A stretch of DNA of 63,894 nt, counting the filler. It is 9 parts of 9 records of this genome, joined end to end, with 100 filler letters (N's around TTAATTAATTAA, not from the genome) between each part and the next. Parts side by side here need not be neighbours in the genome. Positions count along the whole stretch, not along the records: positions 1 to 14,277 come from SRR20825010_1802; 8 more parts are not named here. One strand, given 5' to 3'. Position 1 is the first letter of the stretch. Each line of letters opens with the position of its first letter. Shown in pieces: positions 1 through 9,551 of this stretch. The translations under genes and the position numbers were made by a program. Under the pieces are notes generated by a model. It did not search any database and was not told the DNA's origin. It saw only the letters and a program-made list of their open reading frames with translations.

Positions 1-381
1 GATATCGATGCCCTTCATCGAAATGCCGCAGCGCGAGGAGGCATTGCCTTCGATCACCAGCAGGCCGCCATGGCCCGTGGCACCGGCATACTGGCTGGCA
101 TCGCCCTTCACCACGACGGTACCGGACATCATGTTCTCCGCCACCCCTGGGCCCACGCTGCCATGCACGGTGACCGTGGCCTCAGCATTCATGCCCGCGC
201 AGTAGTAACCGACGCTGCCATGCACATCGACGCGCACCGGCTTATCGATCCCGACGGCCACCGCATGGGCGCCGCGCGGATTGATCACCTCGAAATCACT
301 CTCGTTCGTTCCCGCCCCGACAGAATGGAGCGCCTGGTTCAGGTCCCGCAGGGGAACTGACGCCAGATCAAAGGTCGGCAT
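1..381 (-). CDS. glxC: GXGXG-domain protein, N-methylglutamate synthase subunit B (GlxC/MgsB), 3'-truncated by window edge
   Basis: Not in the ORF track. Manual translation from ATG 381 gives MPTFDLASVPLRDLNQALH...GSVGYYCAGMN...GVAENMMSG...GDASQYAGATGHGG...RCGISMKGIDI. It begins 3 nt after the glxB stop. Confidence 0.88.
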   Translation of the reverse strand, partial: MPTFDLASVPLRDLNQALHSVGAGTNESDFEVINPRGAHAVAVGIDKPVRVDVHGSVGYYCAGMNAEATVTVHGSVGPGVAENMMSGTVVVKGDASQYAGATGHGGLLVIEGNASSRCGISMKGIDI

Positions 382-384
382 CGC

Positions 385-1281
385 TCAATGCTCCCAGAAA
401 TAGACGGTTGCGGGCTCGGGCTCCCAGACCCGGGCTGTTTCGATGCCCGGCAGGTTGACCAGCGCCCGATATTCGGACCCGAAGGCGACATATTCGTCCG
501 TCTCTGCCATCACCGCCGGCTTGCAGGCAATCGGATCGCGCAACACCCCGAAGCCGGACTTGGTGCCCACCACGAAGGTGTAGAACCCGTCGAGATCGCT
601 CAACCCGCTTTCCAGCGCCGCGCCCAGATTGCTGCCGGTCGCGAGCTTGTGGGAGAGATAGGCGGCGGCAACCTCGGTATCGTTCTCAGTCTCGAAGCTG
701 AGTCCGTTGCGGACCAGCTCGCGCCGCAGATTATTATGGTTGGAGAGTGAGCCGTTATGCACCAGGCACTGGTCCGGGCCGGTGGAGAACGGATGCGCGC
801 CGAAGGTTGTCACGGCGGACTCCGTCGCCATCCTTGTGTGGCCAATGCCGTGTGTGCCGCCCATTGCGCCGATCTTGAAGCGTTCCGCCACGTCCTTCGG
901 CAATCCGACTTCCTTGTAGATCTCGACACTCTCGCCGCTGCCCATCACCGTGACGCCCGGGCGGAGCTCCTTCAGGACTGTCCGCGTCTCATCCAACTTG
1001 GCGACATCAACCGCTATCACCGCATGGGTCGCCCGGACGGACACCGAGACGGCAACGCCCAGCTTCTTAGCAAGCGCAGCCTTGAGGCCTTTGAAGTCCG
1101 AGGCCGGATCGGCGGACTGCACCGTGATCTTTCCGGACCCTGCTTCGCTCGGGCCATAGATCGCAATACCGGCACTGTCCGGACCGCGATCCGTCATGGT
1201 GATCAGCATATCCGACAGCAGCGCGCCGAGCCGTGGCTCCAGCGCCTTGTCCTTCAGGAACAATCCAACGATGCCGCACAT
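385..1281 (-). CDS. glxB: Class II glutamine amidotransferase, N-methylglutamate synthase subunit A (GlxB/MgsA)
   Basis: N-terminal MCGIVG (Ntn nucleophile Cys), RGPDSAG, GHTRMATES, HPF and HNGSLSN motifs; adjacent to glxC. Confidence 0.88.
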   Translation of the reverse strand: MCGIVGLFLKDKALEPRLGALLSDMLITMTDRGPDSAGIAIYGPSEAGSGKITVQSADPASDFKGLKAALAKKLGVAVSVSVRATHAVIAVDVAKLDETRTVLKELRPGVTVMGSGESVEIYKEVGLPKDVAERFKIGAMGGTHGIGHTRMATESAVTTFGAHPFSTGPDQCLVHNGSLSNHNNLRRELVRNGLSFETENDTEVAAAYLSHKLATGSNLGAALESGLSDLDGFYTFVVGTKSGFGVLRDPIACKPAVMAETDEYVAFGSEYRALVNLPGIETARVWEPEPATVYFWEH

Positions 1282-1380
1282 GGCCGGCAACCCTCCGTAT
1301 CAAGTTCTGACGGACGTTAGCAGTCCGCCTTCCGAAACTCAATTACGAAGAATAATAGTTTCTCCTCAGGAATAATTTGT

Positions 1381-2061
1381 TCAATCCTGCGACCCGCGCT
1401 GAGGATAAGAAATGATCGAGAGATAGCGGATCGGCCGGGTGATCAGCTCTTCTGGCCCGTGCGGCGCATCCGCGTCGAAGAACAGGCTATCTCCCGGCAG
1501 CATCCGGTAGGTCTCGTCCCCATGCCGGTAAAGCACCTCGCCCTCCAGCATGTAGATCAGCTCGGTGCCCTGATGTTGGAAGGCCGGGAAGATGTCTGAA
1601 TCCTCGGTCAGGCTGATCACGTAGGGCTCGACCAGAACGCCGCTGGTATTGCCTTCAAGATAACCGAGCAGATTGTACTGGTGCCCGGCCCGGGTCCCCC
1701 TGCGCTCAACCTGGACCCCCTCTCCCGCTTTCACGAAGACCGCGTTGCGCGGCTCCTCGAACCGTTTGAACAGATCGGTGATCGGCACGCCGAGTGCGCG
1801 GGCGACAGCCTGAAGCGTGGTCAGGGACGGAGAAATCGCGCCGTTCTCGATCTTCGAAAGCATGCCGACCGAAAGACCGGTGGCTGTGGCAAGATCGGCA
1901 ACGGTGATGCCAAGCGCCTTGCGGAACTCCCGCACCTCCCGGCCGATTGCCTGCTCCAGATTGTTTTCCTTCGGCTCCTTGACCGCATGCGGGTCCTGGG
2001 CAAGTGCCGGCCTTCCGCTGGTGCCCACCCCTTTGTCGGTCTTTGGCTTACCGGAAGACAT
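1381..2061 (-). CDS. XRE-family HTH + cupin transcriptional regulator
   Basis: HTH segment TVADLATATGLSVGMLSKIENGAISPSL plus C-terminal cupin (HQGTELIYMLEG...FFDADAPHGP); directly upstream of glxBC. Confidence 0.9.
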   Translation of the reverse strand: MSSGKPKTDKGVGTSGRPALAQDPHAVKEPKENNLEQAIGREVREFRKALGITVADLATATGLSVGMLSKIENGAISPSLTTLQAVARALGVPITDLFKRFEEPRNAVFVKAGEGVQVERRGTRAGHQYNLLGYLEGNTSGVLVEPYVISLTEDSDIFPAFQHQGTELIYMLEGEVLYRHGDETYRMLPGDSLFFDADAPHGPEELITRPIRYLSIISYPQRGSQD

Positions 2062-2972
2062 CAGGAATAACGCGAGAGGCGGTTGAGCAGGCGGGCGAGG
2101 AACTCATCCGCATCGACATCCAGCATCACGGTCGCGTTCGGCATTCCGTCGCCCGCATCACGGACGATGCTGCGCCCCGCTTCAATGCCTTCGGTGACGA
2201 TATCGACGCGACGCGCTTCGCCGGAGAAAAGCTCCGGCCAGAGCAGATAGCCGACTGTCAGCACGTCATGCAGGGCCGGATCGTTGTCTGAATCGTAGAA
2301 GGTCAGCATTCCCGCCGTCGTATGGCCGACTGTCGTCTCCAGCGCCCGCAGCGCCTCGATCCAGTCCGGTTTTGCCCGCACCTGATGGGTGACGTTAAGG
2401 CCATGCATAACAATCGGCGCCCCGCTCTCGAAAACGATATGGGCGGCGTGCGGGTCGACATGGAAATTGAACTCGGCATGGGGCGTGACATTGCCAGGGC
2501 CGGTCGAGCCGCCCATCACCACGATATTCGAGACTTCCTGCGCGAATTCCGGCCGCGCCGCCAGGGCATGCGCGACATTCGTCAGCGGCCCCACCGGCAG
2601 CAGCGTGATACCGCCGGGAGCAGCCGAAATCTCCTGGCGCAATACATCTGCACCATGCCCCGGCGCCAAAGCGGATAAAGCGTCGGGAAGATCACTGCCA
2701 TCGAGCCCGGTCTTGCCGTGGATCTCATCCGCCGTCTTCAGCGCCTTGATCAGCGGACGTGGGCAACCGGCATGGATCGGCACCTCACCGCGCCCGGCAA
2801 GATCGCGGATACGCCGGGCATTGGCCTCCGTCCGGTGCAGCGGCACATTACCCGCAACCGTCGTGACGGCCTTGATATCGAGCTCTTCCGGGCTGGCGAA
2901 GGCGAGCAGCAGAGCCACCGCATCGTCAATTCCCGGATCGCAGTCAATAATGATAGTCTCGCGCTTGGTCAT
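2061..2972 (-). CDS. Inosine/uridine-preferring nucleoside hydrolase
   Basis: DCDPGIDDA Asp cluster, AGN, IHG..GL, GPLTN, AEFNFHVDP and LHD motifs. Start set at MTKRETII. Confidence 0.92.
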   Translation of the reverse strand: MTKRETIIIDCDPGIDDAVALLLAFASPEELDIKAVTTVAGNVPLHRTEANARRIRDLAGRGEVPIHAGCPRPLIKALKTADEIHGKTGLDGSDLPDALSALAPGHGADVLRQEISAAPGGITLLPVGPLTNVAHALAARPEFAQEVSNIVVMGGSTGPGNVTPHAEFNFHVDPHAAHIVFESGAPIVMHGLNVTHQVRAKPDWIEALRALETTVGHTTAGMLTFYDSDNDPALHDVLTVGYLLWPELFSGEARRVDIVTEGIEAGRSIVRDAGDGMPNATVMLDVDADEFLARLLNRLSRYS

Positions 2973-3086
2973 CAGCGGAAGATAGGCGGCGACGGAAAAC
3001 TGCGGCAAGCTGTTTTACCGGAACGCCTTGAACCATCGGCATGGTTCGGTTATTCCCGTCCGCTCAAACGAACAAGGGGAACACCC

Positions 3087-3296
3087 GTGCAAAAGAGCGA
3101 AATCGAAAAAGTTCAGCGCTACCTGCGCCAGACCTTCGGCAACCACGGCATCAGCATCGAAGGCCGCCCGAATAAAGACGATTCGGCCGAGGTCAGCCTC
3201 GATGGGGAATTCATCGGCGTCATCTTCAAGGATGATGAAGAGGGCGATGTTTCCTATGATTTCCATATGACTATCCTGGAAATGGACCTCGACTAA
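3087..3296 (+). CDS. DUF3126 family small protein
   Basis: GTG start after AAGGGGA; sequence QKSEIEKVQRYLRQTFGN...KDDSAEV...EFIGVIFKDDEEGDVSYDFHMTILEMDL. This is the 3' part of ORF 2718..3296. Confidence 0.8.
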   Translation: MQKSEIEKVQRYLRQTFGNHGISIEGRPNKDDSAEVSLDGEFIGVIFKDDEEGDVSYDFHMTILEMDLD

Positions 3297-3383
3297 GAGG
3301 TCCATTCGCGCGAGCGAAAAACTCCACAAAACCGAAACACAGGATGTGTCATTCTGTTCCACACATGGAACGGAGGATGCGAC

Positions 3384-3575
3384 ATGCGTCTGGATGACAT
3401 TGTTTCGGTAACCTGCACCGATACGGACAAGACCGAACAAGGCAAGGTGGTCCGTCTCGGACGCGACCGCGCCGACATCATGATCGGCCCGGCCGTTATC
3501 CAGTTCAGGATGACCAAGCCCGGTTTCTATATCGGCAACATGCACGGGCTCGAATTCACCATGAAAGCGGGATGA
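3384..3575 (+). CDS. Small hypothetical protein (63 aa)
   Basis: GGAGGA RBS upstream, GC3-rich codon use, ATGA overlap with the next gene. Confidence 0.7.
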   Translation: MRLDDIVSVTCTDTDKTEQGKVVRLGRDRADIMIGPAVIQFRMTKPGFYIGNMHGLEFTMKAG

Positions 3576-4801
3576 CTCTTCGCTCACGGATGTTCAGGCA
3601 TGCCCGGCACCTCTCATCCGCGTCTGCACTGGCCGGATTTCTGCTGCTATTCTCCCCCTGCATCCCATCCGTCACCGGCGCGGAAAGCATGGCACCAGAC
3701 GCAACCCTGAGAGCGCTGTTCGAAGCTGAGAAGCTTGACGAAACACGCTTCTCACCAGCTTTTCTCGCTCAGGTCCCTGCCTCGGGAATAGCACAGCTTC
3801 TTTCTCGCCTGCGCCAAAGCTACGGCGCGCTTGGAGCGATCAACCCGGATGGCGACGGGTACCGGCTGAATTTCGAAGGCGCGGAGATCCCCGCCCGGAT
3901 CGTTCTCGATCAGGAAGGCCGTATTGCCGGTCTTTGGTTCGGTGCTCCGGTGCCGTCTGGATCGATCGAGGAGCATGCGGCAGCCATCACCGGATTGCCG
4001 GGAGATGTCTCGCTACTTGTTCTTGAAGACGGGAGGCCGGTGATTTCCCATAACGCGGACGAGCCTCTCGCCGTCGGGTCCGCAGCGAAACTCGCTATAT
4101 TGCAAACCCTTGCCCTGACCGTCGAGAATGGCGAGAAGCAATGGTCCGACGTCGTGACGCTGCGTCCCGAATGGAAGTCCCTGCCCAGCGGCACGCTACA
4201 GGACTGGCCGGACGGCACGCCCCTCACGCTCGGGACGCTGGCGCATTTCATGATGTCGATCAGCGACAATACCGCGACCGACGCCTTAATCCGTCTGGTC
4301 GGGCGGGGTGCGGTGGAGGCCGTCTCACCACGCAACAGTCCGTTCCTGACCACGCGGGAGCTGTTCACCCTGAAGACCCGGGACCATGCCACCCTGCGCC
4401 TTGAATGGGCGGGTGCGGACGAGACAGCACGCAGGCACATTCTGGAGCGTATCGCGGATATACCTCTGCCCGCGGCCCAGGCGCTGACGCCGGAGCCCAC
4501 CTACAAGGCCGCCGAATGGTTCTTCTCCACCACGGAACTTTGCGCATTGCTGGAGGAGACCTCCGCGCTGCCGAGTGGAAGCATCAATCCCGGCCCGGTC
4601 GATCCCGGCCAGTGGCGAAAATTTTCCTATAAGGGCGGCTCGGAGACCGGAGTACTTAATCTGTCCAGCCGGGTGGTCGGGGCGGACGGGATCGCACGCT
4701 GCGTGGTCGCCACCTGGAACCACCCCTCGGCCCTCGACGAGAACAGCCTGTTGCTTCCCTATAGCGGCATTCTCGACGCCCTGGCCGGTCGCAGCCAGTA
4801 A
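3572..4801 (+). CDS. Secreted serine hydrolase, class A beta-lactamase fold (Cpe/LpqF-like)
   Basis: Signal-peptide-like N-terminus, an extra N-terminal domain, SxxK (SAAK), SDN and KGGS motifs. Confidence 0.8.
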   Translation: MTLRSRMFRHARHLSSASALAGFLLLFSPCIPSVTGAESMAPDATLRALFEAEKLDETRFSPAFLAQVPASGIAQLLSRLRQSYGALGAINPDGDGYRLNFEGAEIPARIVLDQEGRIAGLWFGAPVPSGSIEEHAAAITGLPGDVSLLVLEDGRPVISHNADEPLAVGSAAKLAILQTLALTVENGEKQWSDVVTLRPEWKSLPSGTLQDWPDGTPLTLGTLAHFMMSISDNTATDALIRLVGRGAVEAVSPRNSPFLTTRELFTLKTRDHATLRLEWAGADETARRHILERIADIPLPAAQALTPEPTYKAAEWFFSTTELCALLEETSALPSGSINPGPVDPGQWRKFSYKGGSETGVLNLSSRVVGADGIARCVVATWNHPSALDENSLLLPYSGILDALAGRSQ

Positions 4802-4815
4802 GCCTCTCCATAAAG

Positions 4816-4844
4816 AAAAGGCCGGATCAGAAACTGACCCGGCC
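4816..4844 (-). terminator. Intrinsic terminator-like hairpin between convergent genes
   Basis: GGCCGGATCAG-AAA-CTGACCCGGCC stem preceded by an A-tract (U-tract on the minus strand). Confidence 0.6.
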
Positions 4845-4890
4845 CATTCCTCAAAGATATTTCCAAGCCATCATGACCGATGGCGGGAGA

Positions 4891-7032
4891 TCACCAGTTC
4901 GCGGTCAACGTCAGCTTGATCTCACGGCCGGAGCCGTAGGAGCAGACATATTCCGTCTGACAGCCCGTGACGTAGCGCTTGTCGGCGATGTTCGTCGCCG
5001 CGAGGTTCAGAGCCAGGCCTTCACGAATTTCATACCCGCCATAAAGATCGAAGATCGTCGAGGACTCAACCTTCAGGGTGTTGGTGCTGTTGGCGAAGCT
5101 CTCGCCCCGATGCCGGATACCGGCACCAACGGTCAGGCCGTCGACGAAGTCCTGCAGCTCGTATTCAGCCCGCACCGCAACTTCGTGCTCAGGCACCAGT
5201 GTCGGTGTCTTACCAACGAGAGAGGCGTCGGCATCTTCGGTGACTTCGACATCGAGCAGCGTCGCCGCACCGGCGACAGACAGGCCATTCCCGAAATCAT
5301 AGGCACCTTCCAGCTCGAACCCGCGCGACCGCGTTTCGCCAAACTGATCGAAGTTCGGGAACGCACCCGTCACGGCATTCTCCTGATCGATCTGGAACAC
5401 GGCCGCCGTCACATAGAAGTTGCCGCCATGCGGTGCCCATTTCAGGCCCAGCTCGACCTGCTCGCCACTTTCCGGCCTGGTCACACCGTTGGCAGGCGAG
5501 GTGATCAGCGGATTGAAGAAAGTCGAGTAGGTGACGTAAGGCGTCACGCCGTTAGCGAACTCATAGGCGACCGCGCCGCGATAGGATGTCTCGCTGTCAT
5601 TGCGGGAGAAGCCGGCGGCCCCGTCCTGCTCCGTATCGGCGAAATCATGACGCAGGTTGCCGGTCAGGATCCAGCCGTCGCCAAAGCGGAGCTGATCCTG
5701 GAAATAGAGGCCGAGCTGCGCCTGGGTGGTGGTGGAATCCTGATATGGCGGGTTCAGCGTCGGCGTGCCCGGGTTGGACGGGTTCACCACCTGGTTGGTG
5801 CCGTAGCCAACGGCCTGCGTCTCGTCGAGCCAGTAATGCCGTGCATCAAGGCCGAACAGCAGGTCGTGGCTGACCTCACCGGTTTCGACGACGCCGTAAT
5901 ACCGCATATCGGTCTGGGCCGTCCGGACCAGCGTGTCATGCTCGAAAGCCAGCATGCTGAGCGTGCCGTCGGAGTCGCTCGGCGTGGTCGCGTACCCGCT
6001 ATACCCAAACGGGTACCAATAGCGCTCTTCGACACTGGCGACACCGCCCCGGCCGATGCCGGTCAGTGTGAAGCCGTTGTCGAAGGTATGCTCAACGATA
6101 CCGGAGGCCGAGAACTGCTCGCGGGAATACTTGTCCCAGTCGGAGTCGGAGAAGTTGGCATCAGGGTCGATATAGCCGAATTCCGCCGTCGGCTGAACCG
6201 TACCCGCATAAGGCAGGAAGGTGCTGCCATTATGCTGTTCCTCAGCGATATGCGCATTGGCCAGCAGCGTCACTTCAGTGCCGGAAGTCGTTGTGAACTT
6301 GTAGGACGGTGCCAGTGTGCCGCGCAGGCCGGAGTTGAAATCGTCATACATGTCACCGCCCTTGAAGCGGCCGACCACGCGATAAGCCTGCCCGTCACCA
6401 AGCGGATCGCCGTAATCGAATGCAACGGAGCCGGCGGGCGCGTCATCGAGACCGAGGACAACTTCCCGGACCCGGTCTCCCGGACGCTTCGAGACATAGT
6501 TCAGGATACCGCCCGGGTTGGAGCCGCCATAAAGCGCCGAGGACGGGCCACGCAGCACTTCGATGCGCTCAAGGGCATACGGGTCCGTGTAGAAGGAGCC
6601 GAAGGCGAAGGCCAGGTTCTGTGCGTTATCGAGGAAGATACCGGTCTGGTCAGCCTGGAATCCGCGAACGCGCAGCCAGTCGTAATCATTATCGTCGCCG
6701 AACACGTCGCTGGTGACGCCGGCCGTATAGCGGAGCGTTTCACTGACGCGGTCCGCGTTGAAGCGCTTCAGATCGTCCTCGCCCAGGATCGACAGCGACT
6801 GGGGAACCTCGGTTGCAAAAACCGGGACCTTGGAGCCGGTAACGGTTGGCGGATTGTTCGTGTCCGCCGCGGAACCGGTCGTATCCTCCTGATTCTCAAG
6901 GACAACAATGGGTTTGAGGACCGTTGCGCTGGAGCTGTCCTGCGCGATGGCAACCCCGCTGAGTGAAAGACTGAGAAGGGCTGGCAAAACAACGATCTTG
7001 CCCGTGCCCCTGGAAGAAAAAATTCGAATCAT
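4891..7032 (-). CDS. TonB-dependent siderophore receptor
   Basis: Signal peptide, TonB-box-like TVLKPIVV, plug motifs (PQSLS, RGF, LERIEVLRGPSSALYG), NIADKRY and C-terminal Trp. Confidence 0.93.
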   Translation of the reverse strand: MIRIFSSRGTGKIVVLPALLSLSLSGVAIAQDSSSATVLKPIVVLENQEDTTGSAADTNNPPTVTGSKVPVFATEVPQSLSILGEDDLKRFNADRVSETLRYTAGVTSDVFGDDNDYDWLRVRGFQADQTGIFLDNAQNLAFAFGSFYTDPYALERIEVLRGPSSALYGGSNPGGILNYVSKRPGDRVREVVLGLDDAPAGSVAFDYGDPLGDGQAYRVVGRFKGGDMYDDFNSGLRGTLAPSYKFTTTSGTEVTLLANAHIAEEQHNGSTFLPYAGTVQPTAEFGYIDPDANFSDSDWDKYSREQFSASGIVEHTFDNGFTLTGIGRGGVASVEERYWYPFGYSGYATTPSDSDGTLSMLAFEHDTLVRTAQTDMRYYGVVETGEVSHDLLFGLDARHYWLDETQAVGYGTNQVVNPSNPGTPTLNPPYQDSTTTQAQLGLYFQDQLRFGDGWILTGNLRHDFADTEQDGAAGFSRNDSETSYRGAVAYEFANGVTPYVTYSTFFNPLITSPANGVTRPESGEQVELGLKWAPHGGNFYVTAAVFQIDQENAVTGAFPNFDQFGETRSRGFELEGAYDFGNGLSVAGAATLLDVEVTEDADASLVGKTPTLVPEHEVAVRAEYELQDFVDGLTVGAGIRHRGESFANSTNTLKVESSTIFDLYGGYEIREGLALNLAATNIADKRYVTGCQTEYVCSYGSGREIKLTLTANW

Positions 7033-7095
7033 GGCCTGTCCCCAAACCTGACAAAATGACTGTATGGCTTGCCCCCTCAGGAAGCTGCTTACCTA

Positions 7096-7980
7096 CTAGT
7101 TTTGCAGGGACAGGCTGTCTTGAACGTTCGCTCTGCTTTTTGAAGAATTGTATCGCTTGCACCACTGACCGGGCGGCAGGCCGGTTGCGCGCCGGAAACA
7201 GCGGCTGAAATGAGCCTGATCGGCAAAGCCGGTATCGTGCGCCACCTGGGAAAGATAAACGCCGTCACAGAGCAGACGCTGCGCGTGCTGGATCCGCGCT
7301 TCCATCACCCATTGATGGGGTGGCTGCCCCGCCGTTTCCCGGAAGCATTTCGAGAATTGCGACCGTGACATGCCCGCCACCGCAGCAAGCTCTTCGATGC
7401 TCAGCCGCCGGTCGAGACTTTCCATCACATGGTCCGTGACGTCATCAAACCAGGCTGGCGCGGCATCATGCCTCCGGCTTTGGGTATTCAGATGAAAGAT
7501 CTCGTGGATCACGCTGGCCGCCAACGCCTCGCCATAACCCGACGGCCGCCGGGGCTTCCGGCATTCATCCGCCAGAAGTCCGGAGAGCTGCTGCAACTCG
7601 ATGCTGGCTGACAGGAAAGCCGCCGATTGCATATCCTCGGATTGCCCGACGATCCGGAGAAGCTGCTTTTGCTCGATATGGATATCGATATGCTCGAGAT
7701 ATCCCGCCGTGAGGATCTTGCTGCATACGGGCAGCCCTGCCGGAATATAACAGGCGCCGCAGACAGTTCCGGCTTCCGCGCCGCCATGCTCAAGCGCCAC
7801 AGCAGCCCCGTCAAAGAAGACAACAAAGCGGGGATCGGGAGAAACATACTCCCCGGTCGCACCCGATTTTGCTTCAACCTGCCAATGGTCGATGACCATG
7901 TGGTCGAATTGCAGATAATGAACGTCATGGACCGGAACGATGCTCCTGACGGAGGATTTCATGCGCGGCCGATATGACAT
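7096..7980 (-). CDS. AraC-family transcriptional regulator
   Basis: C-terminal double HTH (LSIEELAAVAGMSRSQFSKCF...GFADQAHFSRCFRRATGLPP); upstream of the TonB-dependent receptor. Confidence 0.92.
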   Translation of the reverse strand: MSYRPRMKSSVRSIVPVHDVHYLQFDHMVIDHWQVEAKSGATGEYVSPDPRFVVFFDGAAVALEHGGAEAGTVCGACYIPAGLPVCSKILTAGYLEHIDIHIEQKQLLRIVGQSEDMQSAAFLSASIELQQLSGLLADECRKPRRPSGYGEALAASVIHEIFHLNTQSRRHDAAPAWFDDVTDHVMESLDRRLSIEELAAVAGMSRSQFSKCFRETAGQPPHQWVMEARIQHAQRLLCDGVYLSQVAHDTGFADQAHFSRCFRRATGLPPGQWCKRYNSSKSRANVQDSLSLQN

Positions 7981-8000
7981 TTCACATCCTGCGGGTGATA

Positions 8001-8019
8001 CTAAGAATGATTCTCATTT
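8001..8019. promoter_or_regulatory. Fur-box-like iron operator
   Basis: 7-1-7 inverted repeat TAAGAAT-G-ATTCTCA about 20 nt upstream of the araC/receptor unit. Confidence 0.7.
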
Positions 8020-8138
8020 ATTAATTAATGTGAAGAGTACTTATGACAGGCCGACTGTCAATGAATCCGAGGCGCGCGCGCTAAATTAATGTGCGGTCAG
8101 GCCACGGCCCATCTTTCGCACAGGGGGAAGATCAGAGC

Positions 8139-9551
8139 CTAGAACAGCGAGAAATATTCCCGCTCTTCCCATTCCGAGACAGCTTGTGCATAGCGATCCC
8201 ATTCCGCCTGCTTGATATGGCTGTAATAATCCACATAGGCATCGCCGAGCGCTTTCCGGAAGAAGCTGCTCTGCCGGAACAAGCCAATCGCGTGCTCCAG
8301 GCTTGATGGCAGTTTTTCCGCATCGCTGTCATAGGGCCGCTCGACCGGTGCCGGAGCCGTAAGGCCGCGCTCGATCCCGTCGAGGCCCGCAAGGATCTGT
8401 GATGCCATATAGAGATAGGGGTTCGCTGTCGGCTCGCCGACCCGGTTCTCCACCCGGCTGGCCTTGTCGCCGGGCTTCGCCAGAGCGCGGATCATGGCGC
8501 CCTTGTTGTCCCGCCCCCATTGCACCCGGTCGGGCGCCAGCGTGAAAGGCCGGTAGCGCTTGTAGCCGTTCACCGTCGGCGTCGAGAGCAGGCAGCTTTC
8601 GGCGGCATGCTCAAGCAAGCCCGCAACCCAACTCCCGCAGAGCGCTGAGAGTGCTTGCCCCTCCTCCGGGATAAACAGGTTCTCGCCGTTTTCCAGATCG
8701 ACAAGGGACTGATGCAGGTGCCAGCCGCTGGCCATAGCATCCTTGAATTTCGGCCGGCACATGAAGGTCGCGTGCAACCCGGCACGGCGGCAGACCTGCT
8801 TCACCATGGAGCGGAACAGGATCATGTTGTCCGCGTGCTCCATGGCGGGCGCCGGATGGAATGTCACCTCGCACTGGCTCGGCCCGAACTCGGCCTCGAA
8901 GGACCGTACCGGCAGACCGAGCGCCACCGCATTGCGCCGGACCAGATCGAATATTTCTTCCAGTTGGTCGTACCTGTCCTCGGTCAGATATTGATAGCCG
9001 TGGGAGACAAGCGCGGTCTCCGGCACCGCTTCCGGCTGTCCTGTATCTGCATGACCGAGCTTCGGATCGGTTACTTCCAGAACATGAAACTCGACCTCGA
9101 GTCCCGTGATCAGATCGTAACCCTGCGCATTCAACCGCTCCACCGCCCGGCGCAGAATCCCGCGCGAGCAGACCTCAAGCGGCACTCCGCCCGTATCCGT
9201 CAGATCCGCCTGCATCCAACCGGAATGCGGCGACCATGGCAGCACCTTGAAAGTCGATGGGTCAGGATGCATCAGCACATCCCCGGCGCCCGTCAGGCGC
9301 CCTTCACCGAAGCCTGCATCCTCCTGCCAGACAGGAAACACCGTCCGGTGCGAGGTATCTTTCAGCAGCAGGGTGGAGGTCATGGCGATGCCGGAGCGGA
9401 AAGCGCTCTCCAGATCGGCCGCCATCACCGTCTTGCCGCGCAATATCCCGTGCTGGTCCGCGAAGGAAATCCGGACGACTTCAAGACCTTCTTCCGCCAC
9501 CCGCGCCAGTACGGCGGCGATTGCGCCCTGATCCACAGTCACCTCACTCAC
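8139..9551 (-). CDS. Glutamine synthetase-like protein (probable gamma-glutamyl-amine ligase)
   Basis: DQHGILRGK, GLEVEF, EAEFGPSQCE, SGWHLHQSL, NGYKRY and RVENRVGEP motifs. GTG start at 9551 overlaps the Rieske stop (GTGA). Confidence 0.88.
   Translation of the reverse strand: MSEVTVDQGAIAAVLARVAEEGLEVVRISFADQHGILRGKTVMAADLESAFRSGIAMTSTLLLKDTSHRTVFPVWQEDAGFGEGRLTGAGDVLMHPDPSTFKVLPWSPHSGWMQADLTDTGGVPLEVCSRGILRRAVERLNAQGYDLITGLEVEFHVLEVTDPKLGHADTGQPEAVPETALVSHGYQYLTEDRYDQLEEIFDLVRRNAVALGLPVRSFEAEFGPSQCEVTFHPAPAMEHADNMILFRSMVKQVCRRAGLHATFMCRPKFKDAMASGWHLHQSLVDLENGENLFIPEEGQALSALCGSWVAGLLEHAAESCLLSTPTVNGYKRYRPFTLAPDRVQWGRDNKGAMIRALAKPGDKASRVENRVGEPTANPYLYMASQILAGLDGIERGLTAPAPVERPYDSDAEKLPSSLEHAIGLFRQSSFFRKALGDAYVDYYSHIKQAEWDRYAQAVSEWEEREYFSLF

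Noticed and set aside
2718..3086. N-terminal extension of the DUF3126 ORF
   Set aside because: Overlaps the nucleoside hydrolase antisense; the RBS and family-like sequence begin at GTG 3087.
4873..6966. 697-aa plus-strand ORF
   Set aside because: Antisense shadow of the TonB-dependent receptor; no motifs, and typical of GC-rich codon bias.
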